From a virus, in IMG/VR virus record IMGVR_UViG_3300025393_000055: a stretch of DNA of 36,233 bases. The stretch is one strand, 5' to 3'. Every line of letters begins with the position of its first letter. Positions within the stretch are counted from its first letter, which is position 1. Shown here piece after piece: positions 33,149-36,233 of the stretch. The position numbers and the translations under genes were made by a program. The notes beneath the pieces were generated by a model. That model made no database searches and was not told the DNA's origin. It was given only the letters and a program-made list of their open reading frames with translations.

Positions 33149-33160
33149 CTGCATGTGCAG
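33149..33160. promoter_or_regulatory. CTGCATGTGCAG palindrome
   Basis: Intergenic, followed by AAAA. Confidence 0.6.
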
Positions 33161-33181
33161 AAAACAAAGGAAACTACAGAA

Positions 33182-33508
33182 ATGTCCCTGTATAATGCCA
33201 TCAACGGGCGGCACCCGAAGAGCAAAGAGATCCTCGCCCTCCTCGACCTGACCGAGGAGGAGATCGAGCGGTACCGCGACTGCCGGGTCTTTCCCAAGAC
33301 GAGGACCATCGAGATCCTCGCCCGGACGGGCGGGGGGAACCGCGAAGACTATCCGAACACGGCGCTCACCGCCCATCCCGGCTACGTCAGCGACCGGGAC
33401 GCGAACTTTGACGGAACGTATACGGTCTACACCATCCGAGTTCCCGATGCGGTCCCGGCGACGGCCCTCCAATCTCTGGACAAAGGAACCCGCTGGGGGG
33501 AGGGGTAG
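33182..33508 (+). CDS. Hypothetical virus-type protein
   Basis: RYRDC...ARTGGGNREDY...HPGYVSDRDANFDGTY. Confidence 0.7.
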   Translation: MSLYNAINGRHPKSKEILALLDLTEEEIERYRDCRVFPKTRTIEILARTGGGNREDYPNTALTAHPGYVSDRDANFDGTYTVYTIRVPDAVPATALQSLDKGTRWGEG

Positions 33509-33510
33509 CC

Positions 33511-33980
33511 ATGTGCCGGAACGCGATCCTCCATCACCGCGACGGGTCCGAGACCGTCTGCCGGTGCCAGGCTGACCTCCAGCAGGCGATGCCCCGGGGG
33601 ATCTGGTTCTTCCCCCCGGCCGGTGAGCCCGACCTCGAGAGAGGCGGCTTCGAGCCGGGGGTCTGCCTCTGCCCGGTCGATCTCGAGCGCACGGCCCGGG
33701 CGAACGGCTACCGCCTCTCGCGGCAGGGGCCGGACGGGGTCGAGGACGTCTTCGACGACCACCTCTACCTCTGCGGGGTTGAAGGGGCAGAGCGGGAGGG
33801 CTCCCTCCGCAAGGAGGGAGGTGAAAGCGGAGCCCCTTCTTCACTTTCACCCCGCACGGCCCACCTTAATGCCATAGGAGGACCAATATGATCGTATCGT
33901 ATCGACCACGGGCGGACGGGATCGGTGAGGTCCCGGCCGAGAACGGGCTGGAAGTCCGGGTCGCCGGAGGCCAGCCATGA
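33511..33980 (+). pseudogene. Cys-containing gene interrupted by tnpB-element left end (33511..33768 + 33903..33980)
   Basis: Removing 33769..33902 gives ...DDHLY-RPRADGIGEVPAENGLEVRVAGGQP*, whose stop overlaps the next ATG. Confidence 0.6.
33769..33902 (+). mobile_element. Orphan left-end remnant of the tnpB element
   Basis: First 91 nt match 4846..4936 with 4 substitutions; also preceded by TCTAC; similarity ends at the tnpB start codon. Confidence 0.85.
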
Positions 33981-34237
33981 GCCGCCGGGATCTCATCGGG
34001 ATGCTCGCCGGCGGGGCGATCCTCGCCTTCAGCGTCTGGGGCCTCCTCGGCGGGTTCTCCACGCCGGAGGCGAAGGCCTTCCTGCTCCTCGACGGCCTGA
34101 TCGGGCTCTACATCGTCGCGAAGGCGACGGAACGCCTGCTGGCCACCCGGTTCCCCCCGCCGCCGCCCTTCGTGGACGAGAACGCCGATCCGTGGGAGGA
34201 CGAGCCCGCGGACGAGGACGAGGAGGTGTCCCCGTGA
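33977..34237 (+). CDS. Two-TM membrane protein, acidic tail
   Basis: Hydrophobic segments; ATGA coupling. Confidence 0.65.
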   Translation: MSRRDLIGMLAGGAILAFSVWGLLGGFSTPEAKAFLLLDGLIGLYIVAKATERLLATRFPPPPPFVDENADPWEDEPADEDEEVSP

Positions 34238-34476
34238 ACCGCCTGCTCCATGGTCTGATCCTGGCGGTATCTCTGGGCTATTTCCTCATCTCTGATGGTG
34301 AGAACCTCCTCCTGAGCCTCCTCTTCGCCGTCGCTCTCCTCAACAGCCTCCTCACACTCTTCGTTCTCATCTGGATCAAACCCGGGTCCGGGCAGGAAAC
34401 CCTGCACCAGACCCTCCTCCGCGAAGAGGAGGAGTGGTGGCAGGCCCGTCTGGCCGCCAGGAGGGGTCAGCCGTGA
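34234..34476 (+). CDS. Two-TM membrane protein
   Basis: GGAGGTG RBS, GTGA coupling. Confidence 0.6.
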   Translation: MNRLLHGLILAVSLGYFLISDGENLLLSLLFAVALLNSLLTLFVLIWIKPGSGQETLHQTLLREEEEWWQARLAARRGQP

Positions 34477-34619
34477 CTCTGCCTCCCCGGTGCCGCCGGG
34501 TGATCGCGAGGGTCCTGGCCCGTCCCGCCGCCCCGGACCCCGAATGTGCCGCAGAACAGTATGTCGAACGGGTCCGCCGAACCCTGGAATACGGCGAAAC
34601 GCTTCTATCGAAAAAATGA
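34473..34619 (+). CDS. Small hypothetical protein
   Basis: GTGA coupling; stop inside the next leader. Confidence 0.45.
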   Translation: MTLPPRCRRVIARVLARPAAPDPECAAEQYVERVRRTLEYGETLLSKK

Positions 34620-34629
34620 GGGATGCAAA

Positions 34630-34911
34630 ATGCAGTACTACCAGATCCACCCTGACCTGATGCGCCTTGTTGCCGACTATGTCATCGCCGCCGGGCTCCC
34701 CGTCCGGTGCCGGCCGCTCTGGATCGCCCGCGACCTCGAGGAGACCCACGGGGCCGAGACCCTCGAACGGCTCCGGAGCACCCAGACCCTCAAGACCTCG
34801 GTCCAGCTCTGTCTCAAGGCGCTCGGCTATGTCAGCGAAGGCGTCGCTGGCGACCGGGTCTGGATCCGGGAAGACCGGCTCCAGCAGAACGCGGCCCTGG
34901 TCGCGGCGTAA
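34630..34911 (+). CDS. Hypothetical protein, possible winged helix
   Basis: Leader variant; helical N-part then LKALGY...VW. Confidence 0.6.
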   Translation: MQYYQIHPDLMRLVADYVIAAGLPVRCRPLWIARDLEETHGAETLERLRSTQTLKTSVQLCLKALGYVSEGVAGDRVWIREDRLQQNAALVAA

Positions 34912-34941
34912 CCCCTACTGACCTCTAAAATGTGGTGTAAA

Positions 34942-35232
34942 ATGGAAGAAGTTCTAATCTACGGATTTTCCAGCGACCTCCTGGTCCTGGACGGGGCGGT
35001 ACGGGAGGAGATCCCGGTCGCCTGTGGTGAGCAGATCGATCTCGCATTCACGGACGGCACCGTCCTCCGGGCGGGCTACGGGCTTCAGGGCCCTGAATGC
35101 TGGCAGATCGACCGGGTCGCGGCCGGGTCGGCGCAGTACGAGCGCCGGGCGGCCACCGACCCGAAGACCGACTACTCCGATGTCATAATCCTGACCGGAG
35201 AGCACCTCGCCCTGCAGGGGGTCCCGGCATGA
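34942..35232 (+). CDS. Hypothetical protein
   Basis: Leader AAAATGTGGTGTAAAATG. Confidence 0.7.
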   Translation: MEEVLIYGFSSDLLVLDGAVREEIPVACGEQIDLAFTDGTVLRAGYGLQGPECWQIDRVAAGSAQYERRAATDPKTDYSDVIILTGEHLALQGVPA

Positions 35233-36233
35233 GCAACGGCAAGCCCGTCTGCCCCGCCTGCGGCAGCACCTCGACCTATGTCCGGCAGCGGGACGGTGCG
35301 GTCTGCTGCAAGGTCTGCGGCCACGGGGTCAAGCGCCGGGGGGCGGTCCAGCATGAGTGCCCGCTCTGCCGGAGCAAGCAGGTCTACTACCGGTCGAAGA
35401 CCGGGGCGTATGCCTGCCGCCGGTGCGGGCTCGGCCAGGACAACGGGATCAAGGGCGAGTACCTGGACGAGATGGCGGAGCGGGCCCGGATCGAGTACCG
35501 GGAGGCCGGGGACGTAACCGCATGTCCGGTCTGCGGGGGGCCTGTGATCGAGAAGCTGTTGGACGGCCAGTTCACCTGTACGCAGTGCGGGTTCTCCCCG
35601 GAGAGGCGCATTCTGAGCCCGGCATTCCTCAAAAAACTCCCGCCCTTCCGGGAGATCCGGCGGGACCGGCCGGATGCCGACACCCCGACCCCGCCGCCGG
35701 GCATGAGAGCCAATCCTCCGGGCTTCCTCTCTGTCCCGCCGAACCCGACGATGTCTCTCCCCTTCAGGAGATCTCCGGTCCCGCAGGCCCCTCCCGTCTG
35801 CTCTCCGGCCCCCATCAGACCCGAAAGCCTATCCGGCCCGACCCTCGCGATCAACGGCCACCCCCTCGCCCTCAAGCAGGAGGCCGGGACGGTCTGGCTT
35901 GTCGTGGAAGCCCCGGACGGCGGGTTCCCCTTCGCCGGCACCTCGCCCTGCCAGATCCCGGTCTACGAGGCCGAGTTCCTGATCGACCTCGACCTCACCG
36001 ACCCCGCGACCGTCGCGGAGGCGTGGAAGACCGTCCTGACCCGGGCCAAGATCGGGCGGGACGACTTCCTGAAGGAGTTCCCCGCGAAGCTCGACGGGCT
36101 GACCCCGGCCCAGGTCACCGACCTGCAGGCGAAGGGGCTCCTCTCGCAGCGGGCCCTGGACCGGGTGGTGCTCGCGTTCCTGAACGAGAAACTGCCCGGC
36201 ACCACGCCGAGCATCGGCTACGCCGCGATGTTC
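35229..36233 (+). CDS. Triple zinc-ribbon protein, 3'-truncated by window end (absent from ORF track)
   Basis: Open frame of 335 codons to the end; CPAC/CKVC, CPLC/CRRC, CPVC/CTQC, Pro-rich linker, then a globular domain. Confidence 0.75.
   Translation, partial: MSNGKPVCPACGSTSTYVRQRDGAVCCKVCGHGVKRRGAVQHECPLCRSKQVYYRSKTGAYACRRCGLGQDNGIKGEYLDEMAERARIEYREAGDVTACPVCGGPVIEKLLDGQFTCTQCGFSPERRILSPAFLKKLPPFREIRRDRPDADTPTPPPGMRANPPGFLSVPPNPTMSLPFRRSPVPQAPPVCSPAPIRPESLSGPTLAINGHPLALKQEAGTVWLVVEAPDGGFPFAGTSPCQIPVYEAEFLIDLDLTDPATVAEAWKTVLTRAKIGRDDFLKEFPAKLDGLTPAQVTDLQAKGLLSQRALDRVVLAFLNEKLPGTTPSIGYAAMF

Noticed and set aside
1-36233. tnpA transposase, HicA toxin, capsid/terminase/portal, replication initiator, relaxase, tRNA, rRNA
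   Set aside because: Looked for and not recognised, so virus versus plasmid cannot be decided from this window.
1-36233. Stop-codon recoding (pyrrolysine TAG readthrough)
   Set aside because: The TAG stops seen end genes at sensible boundaries; no recognisable domain is split by TAG.

Overview
GC-rich, gene-dense window that reads as the accessory region of a large archaeal virus or plasmid. The host is probably a methanogen (Methanomicrobiales-like; inferred from GGAGGTGA-type ribosome-binding sites and a methanogen-type stand-alone NrdD C-terminal protein). No capsid, terminase, replication or conjugation hallmark, rRNA, tRNA or CRISPR array is visible. Recognisable genes: isrB (with omegaRNA), tnpB, a Ycf46-like AAA ATPase + DUF1257 + DUF2997 module, an NrdD-like glycyl-radical/Zn protein, two solo HicB-like antitoxins, an RHH regulator, a radical SAM protein, dCMP deaminase, two tandem serine resolvases beside an AT-rich res-like site, a DUF2695-like protein and RNase HI. 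The most unusual structure is an array of short, very basic genes. At least 17 of them belong to one paralogous family (R-x-F-[DN]-G-K-x-[FY]...K-x-E-A-E...G-x-x-A-R-V-V...Y-x-V-Y-x-R). About 27 genes are headed by the same leader, AAAATG-AGGT(A/G)-AAAA-ATG, which often contains a Met-Arg-stop micro-ORF; about 9 sites carry a CTGCA-N2-TGCAG palindrome. There is direct sequence evidence of leader-anchored duplication or shuffling. Five genes of the AAA operon share a C-terminal RFxxLE[LF]-type tail. Both OMEGA-nuclease elements split small genes whose empty sites can be rebuilt in frame, which gives predicted TAMs (TCTAC for TnpB, ATGAA for IsrB). All family assignments come from motif recognition by eye, not database searches.
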